NCBI GenBank assembly: GCA_046331705.1
Contig: JAXLQJ010000068.1
Coordinates: forward strand, 1 to 37,627
Length of the DNA: 37,627 bases
Source of the DNA: a bacterium
GTDB taxonomy: Bacteria; JADJOY01
Direction: 5' to 3'
Shown here: positions 1 to 9,124 of the stretch, piece after piece
Layout: the number at the start of each line of letters is the position of its first letter
How positions within the stretch are numbered: the first letter of the stretch is position 1
Translations under genes and position numbers: made by a program
Notes under the pieces: model-generated
Told to the model about the DNA's origin: nothing
Seen by the model: only the letters and a program-made list of their open reading frames with translations
Databases searched by the model: none

Positions 1-1419
1 GGCGCCGCTCGAGTACGCGTAGAGGATCTCGCTCAGGCCGTGCGGCCCGGCGTTGTTGAGCGACGACACGCCGTAGGGCGCCACCGCCGCCCACGCCGAG
101 TAGCCGAGGATGACGAGCGGGAAGATCAGCACGTAGAGCATCGCGAGCTTCATCTCGCGCGCTTCGATCTTCTTGCCCAGATACTCGGGCGTTCGCCCCA
201 CCATCAGCCCGGCGATGAAGACCGCGAGCAGCGCGTACACCAGCATTCCGTAGAGCCCCGCGCCGACGCCGCCGAACACCACCTCGCCGAGCTGGATGTT
301 GAAGAGCGGCACCAGCCCGCCGAGCGGATTGAAGCTGTCGTGCATGGAATTGACCGCTCCGCACGAGGCGTCCGTCGTGACGACCGCGTAGAGCGCCGAG
401 CTGGCGACGCCGTAGCGGCATTCCTTTCCTTCCAGGTTGCCGACGCTCTGGTCGACCGCCAGCCCTGCCAGCGCGGGATTGGGCTTGGATTCCGCCCAAT
501 ACGCCACGGTGACGCCCACGGCGAAGAGCAATGCCATCGCGCCGAAGAGCGCCCAGCCTTGGCGCTGGTCCTTCGCCATCCGCCCATACGTGTAGGTGAG
601 CCCACCCGGGATCGCGAAGATGAGGAACATCGAGACGAAGTTCGTGAAGGGTGTCGGGTTCTCGAACGGATGCGCGGCGTTGGCGTTGAAGAAGCCACCG
701 CCATTGGTTCCGAGCTGCTTGATCGCCTCTTGCGAAGCCACCGGCCCCATCGCGAGGATCTGCTTGGCGCCCTCGAGCGTGGTCACTTCCCGATACGGCG
801 CGAGGTTCTGGATCACGCCCTGCGACACGAGCACCAGCGCAAAGACGATGGAGAGCGGCAGCAGCACGTAGAGCGTCCCGCGGACGACGTCGACCCAGAA
901 GTTGCCGAGGGTCGTCGGCCCGGCCGGACCCGCGCGGCGCGTCAGCCCGCGCGCCAGCGCCAGCGCCACACCAATGCCCGCTGCTGCCGACATGAAGTTG
1001 TGCCAGGCGAGACCCGCCATCTGGGTCAGGTAGCTCAGCGTCGATTCGCCGGCATACGACTGCCAGTTGGTGTTGGTGGTGAAGCTCACCGCGGTGTTGA
1101 ACGCCAGCGCTTCCCCCACCGCCGGCAACTGCTGCGGATTCCACGGCAGCACGAGCTGCAGGCGCTGGATGCCGTACGTCACGAGCACACCCAGCGCGCT
1201 GAAAGCGAGCAGCGCGAGCGCGTATCCCTGCCAGGACTGCTCGTGGGCCGGGTCGACGCCGCAGAGCTTGTAGAGCGCGCGCTCGATCGGTCCGAGGATC
1301 CGCGGGAGCGGCTGCCGCTCTCCCTCGAACACCCGGAACATGTAGATCCCGAGCGGCTTCGTCACCACGAGGATGACGAGCGAGTAGACGACGATCTGTA
1401 ACCAGCCGTTGGCCGTCAT
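1..1419 (-). CDS. kdpA: Potassium-transporting ATPase subunit KdpA (3' part runs off the window)
   Basis: Manual translation from ATG 1419: [31 protein letters not shown]. Contains [50 protein letters not shown] and [15 protein letters not shown] motifs. Missing from the ORF track because it has no stop in the window. Confidence 0.97.
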   Translation of the reverse strand, partial: MTANGWLQIVVYSLVILVVTKPLGIYMFRVFEGERQPLPRILGPIERALYKLCGVDPAHEQSWQGYALALLAFSALGVLVTYGIQRLQLVLPWNPQQLPAVGEALAFNTAVSFTTNTNWQSYAGESTLSYLTQMAGLAWHNFMSAAAGIGVALALARGLTRRAGPAGPTTLGNFWVDVVRGTLYVLLPLSIVFALVLVSQGVIQNLAPYREVTTLEGAKQILAMGPVASQEAIKQLGTNGGGFFNANAAHPFENPTPFTNFVSMFLIFAIPGGLTYTYGRMAKDQRQGWALFGAMALLFAVGVTVAYWAESKPNPALAGLAVDQSVGNLEGKECRYGVASSALYAVVTTDASCGAVNSMHDSFNPLGGLVPLFNIQLGEVVFGGVGAGLYGMLVYALLAVFIAGLMVGRTPEYLGKKIEAREMKLAMLYVLIFPLVILGYSAWAAVAPYGVSSLNNAGPHGLSEILYAYSSGA

Positions 1420-1458
1420 GCGCGTTTCTCCGGACGACGTATTCTCTGGGCCGCTTGC

Positions 1459-1548
1459 TCAGAACCGCTCGGGGCGGATCAGGGCGTAGACGAGATAGGC
1501 GGTGAGCGCGATCGCGAGGATCCCGCCGAGCGCGTAGTCGAGTGTCAT
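1459..1548 (-). CDS. kdpF: K+-transporting ATPase subunit F (29 aa)
   Basis: MTLDYALGGILAIALTAYLVYALIRPERF has the typical KdpF ending YLxYALxxPERF and lies directly upstream of kdpA. Confidence 0.93.
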   Translation of the reverse strand: MTLDYALGGILAIALTAYLVYALIRPERF

Positions 1549-1582
1549 GGTCGCTGTCCCTTTCTCGTGGCGACGTTCGTGC

Positions 1583-1666
1583 TCACAGCCGATCGCAGAC
1601 ACGCACGTAGCCCCAAGACACGGCGAAGAACGCCACCGTCACGGTGACGAAGACGAGATCGAGCAT
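1583..1666 (-). CDS. 27-aa single-TM kdp-associated peptide
   Basis: MLDLVFVTVTVAFFAVSWGYVRVCDRL. GGAGG lies a few nt upstream of the ATG. Hydrophobic core, same orientation as kdpF. Confidence 0.75.
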   Translation of the reverse strand: MLDLVFVTVTVAFFAVSWGYVRVCDRL

Positions 1667-1694
1667 GTGAGCCTCCGGGCTCGGGTTGGACGAT

Positions 1695-2066
1695 CTAGGG
1701 CGAGGCCGATCCAGCCGGATCGTGAGGTGGCGATCCCACCGGGATGACCTTCGAGATGAGATGAGTGCACTCGGCGGTGCACTCGGGAAGCCAGCTCAGG
1801 ATGGTGGCGCGGTGGCGGCACTCGGCATCGAGGGCCGTCGCCGGGTCGCCCATGCACATGCTCTCGAACGACGCCAGCTCACGCTGGTAGAGCGCAGCGC
1901 GCTCCGCTGCAGGGAGCCGGCGGATGGCGCGCTCCTCGGCGCCGTTCCACCAGAACCAGGCACCCAACACCGCCAGCACGGCAACGACCCAGCCCAGGAC
2001 TCGGCGTGGGTTCAGCTCGAGTGGAGAGGCCGCCTGCTCGACGAGAACTTCGTTGCGCTCGTTCAT
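1695..2066 (-). CDS. Hypothetical single-TM protein with four Cys in the C-terminal domain
   Basis: From ATG 2066: MNERNEVL...VLGWVVAVLAVLGAWFWW...LPAAERAALYQREL...C...C...PECTAEC. The longer ORF-track start (2267) would overlap the promoter and enhancer. Confidence 0.7.
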   Translation of the reverse strand: MNERNEVLVEQAASPLELNPRRVLGWVVAVLAVLGAWFWWNGAEERAIRRLPAAERAALYQRELASFESMCMGDPATALDAECRHRATILSWLPECTAECTHLISKVIPVGSPPHDPAGSASP

Positions 2067-2082
2067 GGTGACCGGTGCAAGG

Positions 2083-2097
2083 GCAATCGCCGTGCCG
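2083..2097 (-). promoter_or_regulatory. Sigma-54 -24/-12 promoter candidate for the kdp arm
   Basis: Minus strand CGGCAC-GGCGA-TTGC versus consensus TGGCAC-N5-TTGC. Confidence 0.75.
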
Positions 2098-2142
2098 CGG
2101 ACGCGGTCGAAAAAGCGCAGTGCGCCCAGGGATTTCAGGCCT

Positions 2143-2195
2143 GCCATCGTGCAGGCTGCACGATGGCGGCCAGGACGTCCGTGCGAGTTGCACGA
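2143..2195. promoter_or_regulatory. Paired palindromic enhancer/operator sites CGTGC-N4-TGCACGA
   Basis: GCCATCGTGCAG-G-CTGCACGATGGC (2143-2167, near-perfect palindrome) and CGTGCGAGTTGCACGA (2180-2195). Cores are 32 bp apart. Confidence 0.7.
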
Positions 2196-2236
2196 GCTCG
2201 GCTCGGCCAGCTCCCCCACCCCCTGGGGATGATTGA

Positions 2237-2668
<432 letters not shown>

Positions 2669-2699
2669 TCGTCGGCGAGACGAGGAACGGAGGGCTCGG

Positions 2700-3650
2700 A
2701 TGCGAGGCAAGACGGGCACAGCGGATTTCGCGTGGATCGCCGCCGGCGCGGGGCTACTGATCGGCTTCGCGCTGACGGCGCTCTACTTTCACGGCGACCG
2801 CAGGCACGCCGCCGAAGCGGCGCAGCGGACGCGAGAGCTCGCGCTCGTCGACCAGCTTCGAATCGACCTGGCGACCTCTTCCGAGGCCGAGAAGAGCGCC
2901 GTGCTCGCGATCAGCGACGAGGACTCACAGCACTTCGCCGATCAGGCGCGAACGGCGCGCGCGGCCGTCGCGCGTGGCCGGGACGAGCTCGCCACGCTGC
3001 TCGGAGGCGCGCACTCCCGCCTGGATGTGCGCGAGCGGCTCACGCAGCTATCCGAGTCCTTCACGACCCTCGAGAAGATCGACGACGAGGTGCTCGGCCT
3101 CGCGGTCAAGAACACCAACCTCAAGGCTTCCCGACTCGCCGCGGGACCGGCCGCCGCCGCGCTCGAGGAGCTGGACGCCGCCCTCGCCCACCTGGAAACG
3201 GACGCAGCCGGCGCGCCCAGCGCACCCGACGCCCTGCAGCGGGTGCGCTGGGCCTCGGATGCCCGGATCCGCGCGCTCAAAGTGCAAGCTCTGCTGCCAC
3301 GCCACATCGCCGAGGAGAGCGACGCCGTGATGGACTCGCTGGAAGCGCGGATGGCCGAAGAGGACCGAGCGCTCGACGCCGACCTCGCGGGCCTCGCTCG
3401 CTTGCGAGCGACGAACGGCAGCCCCGACCTCGAGACCGCATCGAGCGCCTGGGCCCGCTTCGCCGAGATCCGCGGCTCGATCCTCGCGCTCTCGCGCGAG
3501 AACACCAACGTCCGCTCCCTCTCGCTCTCGCTCACCCGCAAGCGCAAGGCTTTGCTGGTGTGCCAGGAAGCGCTGGCCGCGCTTCGGCAGGCCATCGAGG
3601 CCGAGCCCGACGCCAACGCGCCTCGCCCGACGCCCACGCTGCCAAGGTGA
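2700..3650 (+). CDS. Membrane-anchored protein with MCP-type four-helix-bundle-like extracytoplasmic domain
   Basis: N-terminal TM (WIAAGAGLLIGFALTALYF) followed by a long helical region with an internal duplication (LAVKNTNLKA / LSRENTNVRS). No cytoplasmic signalling domain is visible. Confidence 0.75.
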   Translation: MRGKTGTADFAWIAAGAGLLIGFALTALYFHGDRRHAAEAAQRTRELALVDQLRIDLATSSEAEKSAVLAISDEDSQHFADQARTARAAVARGRDELATLLGGAHSRLDVRERLTQLSESFTTLEKIDDEVLGLAVKNTNLKASRLAAGPAAAALEELDAALAHLETDAAGAPSAPDALQRVRWASDARIRALKVQALLPRHIAEESDAVMDSLEARMAEEDRALDADLAGLARLRATNGSPDLETASSAWARFAEIRGSILALSRENTNVRSLSLSLTRKRKALLVCQEALAALRQAIEAEPDANAPRPTPTLPR

Positions 3651-3659
3651 TCCACTTAC

Positions 3660-3708
3660 CATGCAATCTGCCCGGCACTCGGATCACGAATCGTGCGAAC
3701 TGCACGAT
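3660..3708. promoter_or_regulatory. Second pair of CGTGC-N4-TGCACGA enhancer sites
   Basis: ATCGTGCGAACTGCACGAT (3690-3708) and a degenerate copy CATGCAATCTGCCCGG (3660-3675), again 32 bp apart. Confidence 0.65.
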
Positions 3709-3768
3709 GGGCGCTGGCCCCCCGGCGCCGGGTATCCAGAATCCTTCGTGAAATGCGTCGCCCATCCC

Positions 3769-3783
3769 AGGCACGAGATTTGC
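3769..3783 (+). promoter_or_regulatory. Sigma-54 -24/-12 promoter candidate for the APC permease
   Basis: AGGCAC-GAGAT-TTGC. Confidence 0.78.
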
Positions 3784-3839
3784 GCGTTTTCTGCGGCTTC
3801 GCCCGATCGATCCGCTAGCGACGCGTTCCTGGAGATGAG

Positions 3840-5867
3840 ATGCCTGGCCAAGCGGCACCGCCTTCGCACGACAGCTCCACCCCACCCACCGACGAGCCCG
3901 GCCCTCATCGCAACGGCGACTCGTCGTTCTCGCTCCGCCGCCTGGTCGTCGGTGCGCCGCGTGACCTCAGCGACACGTCGATCTTCCATCGGCTCTCGCT
4001 GATCCCGTTCTTGGCCTGGGTCGGCCTGGGCGCCGACGGGCTCTCGTCCTCGGCGTACGGTCCCGAGGAAGCGTTCCGGACCCTCGGCGAGCACACCTAC
4101 CTGGCGCTCGGTCTCGCCGCGCTGACGGCGACCACGGTGTTCATGATCTCGGCGGCCTACAGCCGGATCATCGAGCAGTTCCCCCACGGGGGCGGCGGCT
4201 ACGTCGTCGCCACGAAGCTCTTGGGCGAACGGGTGGGCGTGATCTCGGGCTCGGCGCTCTTGGTCGACTACGTCCTCACCATCACCGTTTCGATCGCCGC
4301 CGCCGGCGACGCGCTCTTCAGCTTCGTTCCCGCGTCCTGGCTGGCGTGGAAACCGGCGCTCGAGATCGGCACGGTCATCGCGCTCACCACGCTCAACATC
4401 CGGGGCGTGAAGGAATCGGTGCTGGTGCTGGCGCCGATCTTCGTCGCCTTCGTGATCACCCACGTGATCTTGATCGCGGTGGGCGTCGGTCGCCACATCC
4501 CCGAGATCCCCCACACCACCCACCAGCTCGCGAGCGACTTCCGCGCGGGATGGTCGACGCTCGGCGCAGGCGGGATGTTGCTGCTCTTCGCGCACGCGTA
4601 CTCGCTCGGCGGCGGCACCTACACCGGGATCGAGGCGGTCTCGAACGGCTTGCAGATCATGCGCGAGCCCAAGGTTCCGACCGCGCGTCGCACCATGCTC
4701 TACATGGCCACCTCGCTCGCCTTCACCGCCACCGGCCTGCTGGTCTGCTACCTGCTCTGGGACGTGCACCACGAGGCCGGCAAGACCATGAACGCGGTGC
4801 TGATCGAGAAGGTCACGGCCGGAACGCCGTTCGCGTCCACCATCACCGTCTTCACCCTCATCACCGAGGGCGCGCTGTTGGTGGTCGCGGCGCAGGCGGG
4901 CTTCCTCGACGGTCCACGGGTGCTCGCGAACATGGCCGTCGACTCGTGGGTGCCGCGACGCTTCGCCGCGGTGTCCGAGCGGCTCACCACCCAGGACGGC
5001 ATCGTGCTGATGGGCACCGCGGCGCTGGGGGCGCTGCTCTACACCCACGGCAGCGTGAGCCGGCTGGTGGTCATGTACTCCATCAACGTGTTCCTGACGT
5101 TCTCGCTGTCGATGTTCGGGATGCTGAAGCTGTGGTGGCAGCATCCCCCCCAGAAGGTCGGGCGCAAGCGCAGCCTGCTCCTCTTCGGCTCGAGCTTCCT
5201 CCTGTGCGCGACGATCCTCGTCATCACCGTGATGGAGAAGTTCCGCGAGGGCGGCTGGATCACGCTCTTCGTGACCACCCTGCTGGTGCTGCTGTGCTAT
5301 TGGATCCGCGGCCACTATCGGGATCTCTGGAAGGTCGTCGAGGATCTCTTCGCCTCGCTCCGCGACCTACCCGCCTCCGGCCGCGGCAAGCCGGCGGCTC
5401 CCGATCCCAACCGCCCCACCGCCGCCGTGCTGGTGGCGAGCTTCGGTGGTCTCGGCCTGCACACCGTGCTCAACCTGTTTCGCGCGTTCCCGGGGCACTT
5501 CGAGAACCTGGTGTTCATCTCGGTGGGCGTGGTCGACTCGGGCGCGTTCAAGGGCGAGGACACGGTGACCGCCCTCGAGGAGCGCACCCGCGGCAACCTT
5601 CAGCAATACGTCGACTTCGCCGAGCGCATCGGCATGCCGGCGACCTACCGGTTCGCCGTCGGCATCGATCCCGTGGAGGAGGCCGAGAAGCTCTGTCTGC
5701 GAGTGCTCGACGAGTTCCCCAAGACCGTGTTCTTCGCCGGAAAAGTGATCTTCCGCCGCGAGCGCTGGTACCAGCGCATCCTGCACAACGAGACCGCGCT
5801 CGCGCTGCAGAAGCGGCTGCAATGGGACGGTCACACGATGGTGATCATCCCCGCGCGAATCAGCTGA
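3840..5867 (+). CDS. APC-family permease, KimA/YdaO-like K+ transporter
   Basis: GADGLSSSAYGPEE, FPHGGGGYVVA, ALLVDYVLTITVS and YTGIEAVSNG motifs. Many TM segments plus a soluble C-terminal domain. GGAG upstream of the start. Confidence 0.88.
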   Translation: MPGQAAPPSHDSSTPPTDEPGPHRNGDSSFSLRRLVVGAPRDLSDTSIFHRLSLIPFLAWVGLGADGLSSSAYGPEEAFRTLGEHTYLALGLAALTATTVFMISAAYSRIIEQFPHGGGGYVVATKLLGERVGVISGSALLVDYVLTITVSIAAAGDALFSFVPASWLAWKPALEIGTVIALTTLNIRGVKESVLVLAPIFVAFVITHVILIAVGVGRHIPEIPHTTHQLASDFRAGWSTLGAGGMLLLFAHAYSLGGGTYTGIEAVSNGLQIMREPKVPTARRTMLYMATSLAFTATGLLVCYLLWDVHHEAGKTMNAVLIEKVTAGTPFASTITVFTLITEGALLVVAAQAGFLDGPRVLANMAVDSWVPRRFAAVSERLTTQDGIVLMGTAALGALLYTHGSVSRLVVMYSINVFLTFSLSMFGMLKLWWQHPPQKVGRKRSLLLFGSSFLLCATILVITVMEKFREGGWITLFVTTLLVLLCYWIRGHYRDLWKVVEDLFASLRDLPASGRGKPAAPDPNRPTAAVLVASFGGLGLHTVLNLFRAFPGHFENLVFISVGVVDSGAFKGEDTVTALEERTRGNLQQYVDFAERIGMPATYRFAVGIDPVEEAEKLCLRVLDEFPKTVFFAGKVIFRRERWYQRILHNETALALQKRLQWDGHTMVIIPARIS

Positions 5868-5883
5868 GAGCCGCCGAGCGGGC

Positions 5884-7575
5884 TCAATCGTAGTCCTCGT
5901 CGAGGGCCTCGAGGAACGCGACCAGCGGCGGGACATCGTCCGCGGTGAGCTCGATGGCGGCGAGCTCGGCCGCGCCGTTTCGCACCTCGCCCGCGCGGGC
6001 CAGCTCGGAGAAGCGACGGTAGTGCGCGATCACCTCTGCGCGGGTGTCCTTCGAGCCGTCGTGGAAGTACGGACCGGATTGTCCGAGGTCGCGCAGCACC
6101 GGAGTCTTGAAGAGCCCGACGGAGAGCGCGAGCAGCTCCGCGGGGTCCATCGCGAGCTCCGCCGCCCGGTGCGACGCGCGGCGAACGAGCGTCGCGAGCG
6201 CCGGCTGTGGTCGCGGCACGCTCGGATTCGCAACGACGTTCCAGGCGCCGAGATCCGCGCGCTCGGGATGGCCGAGATCGGGAATCGCCAGGAACGGGCC
6301 CGCCGCCCGCGGGTGCGCCGCCGAGGGTGGAAGCCAGCGATCGGGATCGGCGTCGCGCTCCGCGAGCGTCGGGACCGCGAGCCGCGCGAACACGCCCGCG
6401 CCGTGAACCGAGTCGTAGGCCTCCTGCGAGACGCCGACGTTGTGCATGCCGAAGTCCGAGAACTCCGGCGGAGCGTGGCATGCCAAGCAGTTCCCGGTGC
6501 CGCGGGAGCGGCTCGGCAGACGCGGCGACGGATTCGTCGCCGGCGCGTCCGCCTCCGACAAGAAGACCAGCAGCCCATCGAGCTCGCTGGGGCCGAAGAC
6601 GAAACCGTGCCCGTGGAGCTCGAGCTCGCCATCGGCGCCGTCGCGCACCCACACCGGCTCGCGCAGCTGGGCAAGCGCCGCGCGCAGTCGGCGCGCGTAG
6701 GCGATCGCCGACTCGCCTGCGTCGGGACGCGACGGCAGGCGATTCAACGTCACGAACTGGTCGAAGGGCGAGCCATCGAAGTCGCCGGTACGCAGATCGC
6801 GCGAGAAGCGCAGCCCGTCGAGGTACGACTCCACGAGACCGACGGCGGCCGACACCAGCTCGTCGTCGCTTGCGGTCGACACGTCGAGACGCCGGTCGGC
6901 GCCCAGGCGCAACTCGGGCGGAATCGCCGGATCCGTCCCGGCGAGCAAGGTCGCGTAGGAGAACCCGCCGAACTGGGCGGCGAGCGTGCCGTTGCCATCG
7001 TCGCCGCGAACCACCGCGGCGATCTGGCGGCGTGCGGCGGCGTGCTCCTCGGGCAACCAGCCCAGATTGCGGCCGGTCCAGGTGCCCTCGATCAAGTCCG
7101 CCGTGGTCGCGAACTCGCCGTCGAAGTGCAGCACGAACGGCACCTCGCGCTCGACCGTCGCGTCGACCAGCGACGGTGCGTTGCGGGGCGTGCGCGTTCG
7201 CCCGTCGTCGCGCGCGGGAATCGGGCTTTGCCGCGCGAAGTCGGCGTAGGTTCGCGTGCCGCGCCCATCCGGCTCGGGTGAGTCGTCGACCAGGTGGCAG
7301 TTCCGGCAATTCATCGTCGCGCCAGCGAAGGGGCCGGGTCGCGCCGCACCGGTGGTGTCGAGCGAAGCGAGCGCTGGGTCCGCGATCCCTGCGCGATTCA
7401 CGTCGCCCGCCGAGCCGCTGGCGAAGCGTTCCGCGAATCGCCCTTCCAGGAAGAGCCGTTCACCGATCTGGACCTCGGGAGGATCGGGCGGCTCCACCGG
7501 GATCACACGCAGCGGATCGGTCGAGCAGGCGGCGATGAAGACCAGGAATGGCACCAGGACACGAGCACGTTTCAT
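5884..7575 (-). CDS. Di-heme cytochrome c peroxidase/MauG-family lipoprotein
   Basis: Lipobox-like MKRARVLVPFLVFIAAC. Two CxxCH motifs (CRNCH, CLACH), plus GERLF, RNAPSL, LHFDGE and FKTPVLRDL...PYFHDGS. Confidence 0.9.
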   Translation of the reverse strand: MKRARVLVPFLVFIAACSTDPLRVIPVEPPDPPEVQIGERLFLEGRFAERFASGSAGDVNRAGIADPALASLDTTGAARPGPFAGATMNCRNCHLVDDSPEPDGRGTRTYADFARQSPIPARDDGRTRTPRNAPSLVDATVEREVPFVLHFDGEFATTADLIEGTWTGRNLGWLPEEHAAARRQIAAVVRGDDGNGTLAAQFGGFSYATLLAGTDPAIPPELRLGADRRLDVSTASDDELVSAAVGLVESYLDGLRFSRDLRTGDFDGSPFDQFVTLNRLPSRPDAGESAIAYARRLRAALAQLREPVWVRDGADGELELHGHGFVFGPSELDGLLVFLSEADAPATNPSPRLPSRSRGTGNCLACHAPPEFSDFGMHNVGVSQEAYDSVHGAGVFARLAVPTLAERDADPDRWLPPSAAHPRAAGPFLAIPDLGHPERADLGAWNVVANPSVPRPQPALATLVRRASHRAAELAMDPAELLALSVGLFKTPVLRDLGQSGPYFHDGSKDTRAEVIAHYRRFSELARAGEVRNGAAELAAIELTADDVPPLVAFLEALDEDYD

Positions 7576-7601
7576 CTCAGGAACCCTCACGAACATCAAT
7601 T

Positions 7602-7618
7602 TTGATTTTCATTATCAA
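7602..7618. promoter_or_regulatory. Fur-box-like operator
   Basis: Minus strand TTGATAATGAAAATCAA versus the 7-1-7 consensus TGATAATnATTATCA. An AT-rich patch in high-GC DNA, about 27 bp upstream of the peroxidase ATG. Confidence 0.8.
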
Positions 7619-7671
7619 TATCATCACATCGGCGACCCTTCAAGGGGTGCCTGACTGCGCGTGCGAAGCTC

Positions 7672-8952
7672 TCAGGGGGCGATGCGTCGAGCGAGCGCGT
7701 GCCACTCGCGCTCGAGCGTCTCGCGGGAGTCAGGATGCGCAATCTCGATGAGCGCCTTGGCGCGCTCGAACAACGACTTGCCGAAGAGATCGGCCACACC
7801 GTGCTCGGTCACCACGTAGTGCACGTGCTGGCGCGTGGTGACCACACCCGCACCCGGGCGGAGCGTGGCGACGATGCGGGAATCGCCCTTCTTGGCGCGG
7901 CTGGTGAGGGCGATGATCGGCTTGCCGCCCTCGGAGAGCGCGGCGCCGCGCATGAAGTCGAGCTGCCCGCCCACCCCCGAGATGATGCGGTGACCGATCG
8001 AGTCGGCGCACACCTGCCCGGTCAGGTCCACCTCCACCGCCGAGTTGATCGCCGTCACCTTGGGGTTGCGCGCGATCGTGGTGGGCCGATTCACGTACGC
8101 GATGTCGAGGAGCACCACCGCGGGATTGTCGTCGATGTAGTCGTAGAGCTTGCGCGAGCCCGTCGCGAAGCCCGCCACCAGCTTGTCGGGGTGGATCTCC
8201 TTGCGCGAGTTGTCGACGGCGCCGCACTCGATCAACGGCAGCACACCGTCCGAGACCATCTCGGTGTGGATGCCGAGGTGCTTGTGGTCCCCGAGCGCGG
8301 CCAGCACGGCGTCCGGCACCGCGCCGATCCCCATCTGCAGCGTGGCGCCGTCCTCGACCAGCCCGGCCACGTTCCTGCCGATGGCGCGCTCCTCTGGGCT
8401 GAGCTTGGTGGGCGGGCTCTCGGGCAACGGCCGATCCACTTCGATTGCGAAATCGATGCGGCTCACGTGGAGGAATCCATCCCCGTGGGTCCGTGGCATG
8501 CGCGTGTTGATCTCCGCCACCACCACGTCCGCGCACTCCGCCGCCGCGATGGCGACGTCCACGCTCGGGCCTAGCGTGACGTAACCGTGCGCATCGGGCG
8601 GCGAGACCTGCAACAGCGCCACGTTGACCGGCCGGCGCCCCTCGCGAAAGAGGCGCGGGATCTCGGAGAGAAACATCGGCACGTAGTCGTTGCGCTCGGT
8701 GCCGACGGTCCTGCGGACGTTGTGCCCCACGAACAGGTTCGCGATGCGAAAGCTCTCCGCGTACTCGGGCCGCGCGTACGCGGCTTCGCCGCTCGTGTGC
8801 AGGTGAGTCAGCTCGACGTCGCGCAGGCGCGGGGCCTGCTCGACCAGCGCCGCCACCAGATCGAGCGGGGTGGCGGCGCCACCGTGAACGAACACACGGT
8901 GGCCGGATTGAACGCACGCGATGGCTTCAGAGGCGGAAAAGAGGCGACGCAT
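7672..8952 (-). CDS. Acetyl-CoA hydrolase/transferase family (4-hydroxybutyrate CoA-transferase-like)
   Basis: DGATLQMGIGAVPDAV, HLGIHTEM, INSAVEVDLTGQVCADS, SGVGGQLDF and VVTEHGVADL motifs. Start could be 8952 or 8967. Confidence 0.93.
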   Translation of the reverse strand: MRRLFSASEAIACVQSGHRVFVHGGAATPLDLVAALVEQAPRLRDVELTHLHTSGEAAYARPEYAESFRIANLFVGHNVRRTVGTERNDYVPMFLSEIPRLFREGRRPVNVALLQVSPPDAHGYVTLGPSVDVAIAAAECADVVVAEINTRMPRTHGDGFLHVSRIDFAIEVDRPLPESPPTKLSPEERAIGRNVAGLVEDGATLQMGIGAVPDAVLAALGDHKHLGIHTEMVSDGVLPLIECGAVDNSRKEIHPDKLVAGFATGSRKLYDYIDDNPAVVLLDIAYVNRPTTIARNPKVTAINSAVEVDLTGQVCADSIGHRIISGVGGQLDFMRGAALSEGGKPIIALTSRAKKGDSRIVATLRPGAGVVTTRQHVHYVVTEHGVADLFGKSLFERAKALIEIAHPDSRETLEREWHALARRIAP

Positions 8953-9031
8953 GAGGATGTCTCGCACGAGCGAAGGTGGATGGCGCGGAAGAATGGCCAG
9001 CGACGCGCCTCGCCGGCCAGTGCCCGGATAT

Positions 9032-9071
9032 GCGAGCCACCGGTGCGCGAGTCACCGGTGCGCGAGCCACC
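9032..9071 (+). repeat. 15-bp tandem repeat (about 2.7 copies) in a divergent intergenic region
   Basis: GCGAGCCACCGGTGC GCGAGTCACCGGTGC GCGAGCCACC. Confidence 0.8.
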
Positions 9072-9124
9072 ACGCCGAACCGGTGGGCGCCTGATACTCT
9101 TGGCGCCGATTGGAGACTGGAACG

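Noticed and set aside
40-1401. 453-aa plus-strand ORF
   Set aside because: Antisense shadow of kdpA, typical of high-GC DNA.
3651-3839. c-di-AMP (ydaO) riboswitch expected upstream of a KimA-like gene
   Set aside because: No recognisable ydaO consensus. The region is accounted for by the UAS pair and the sigma-54 motif.
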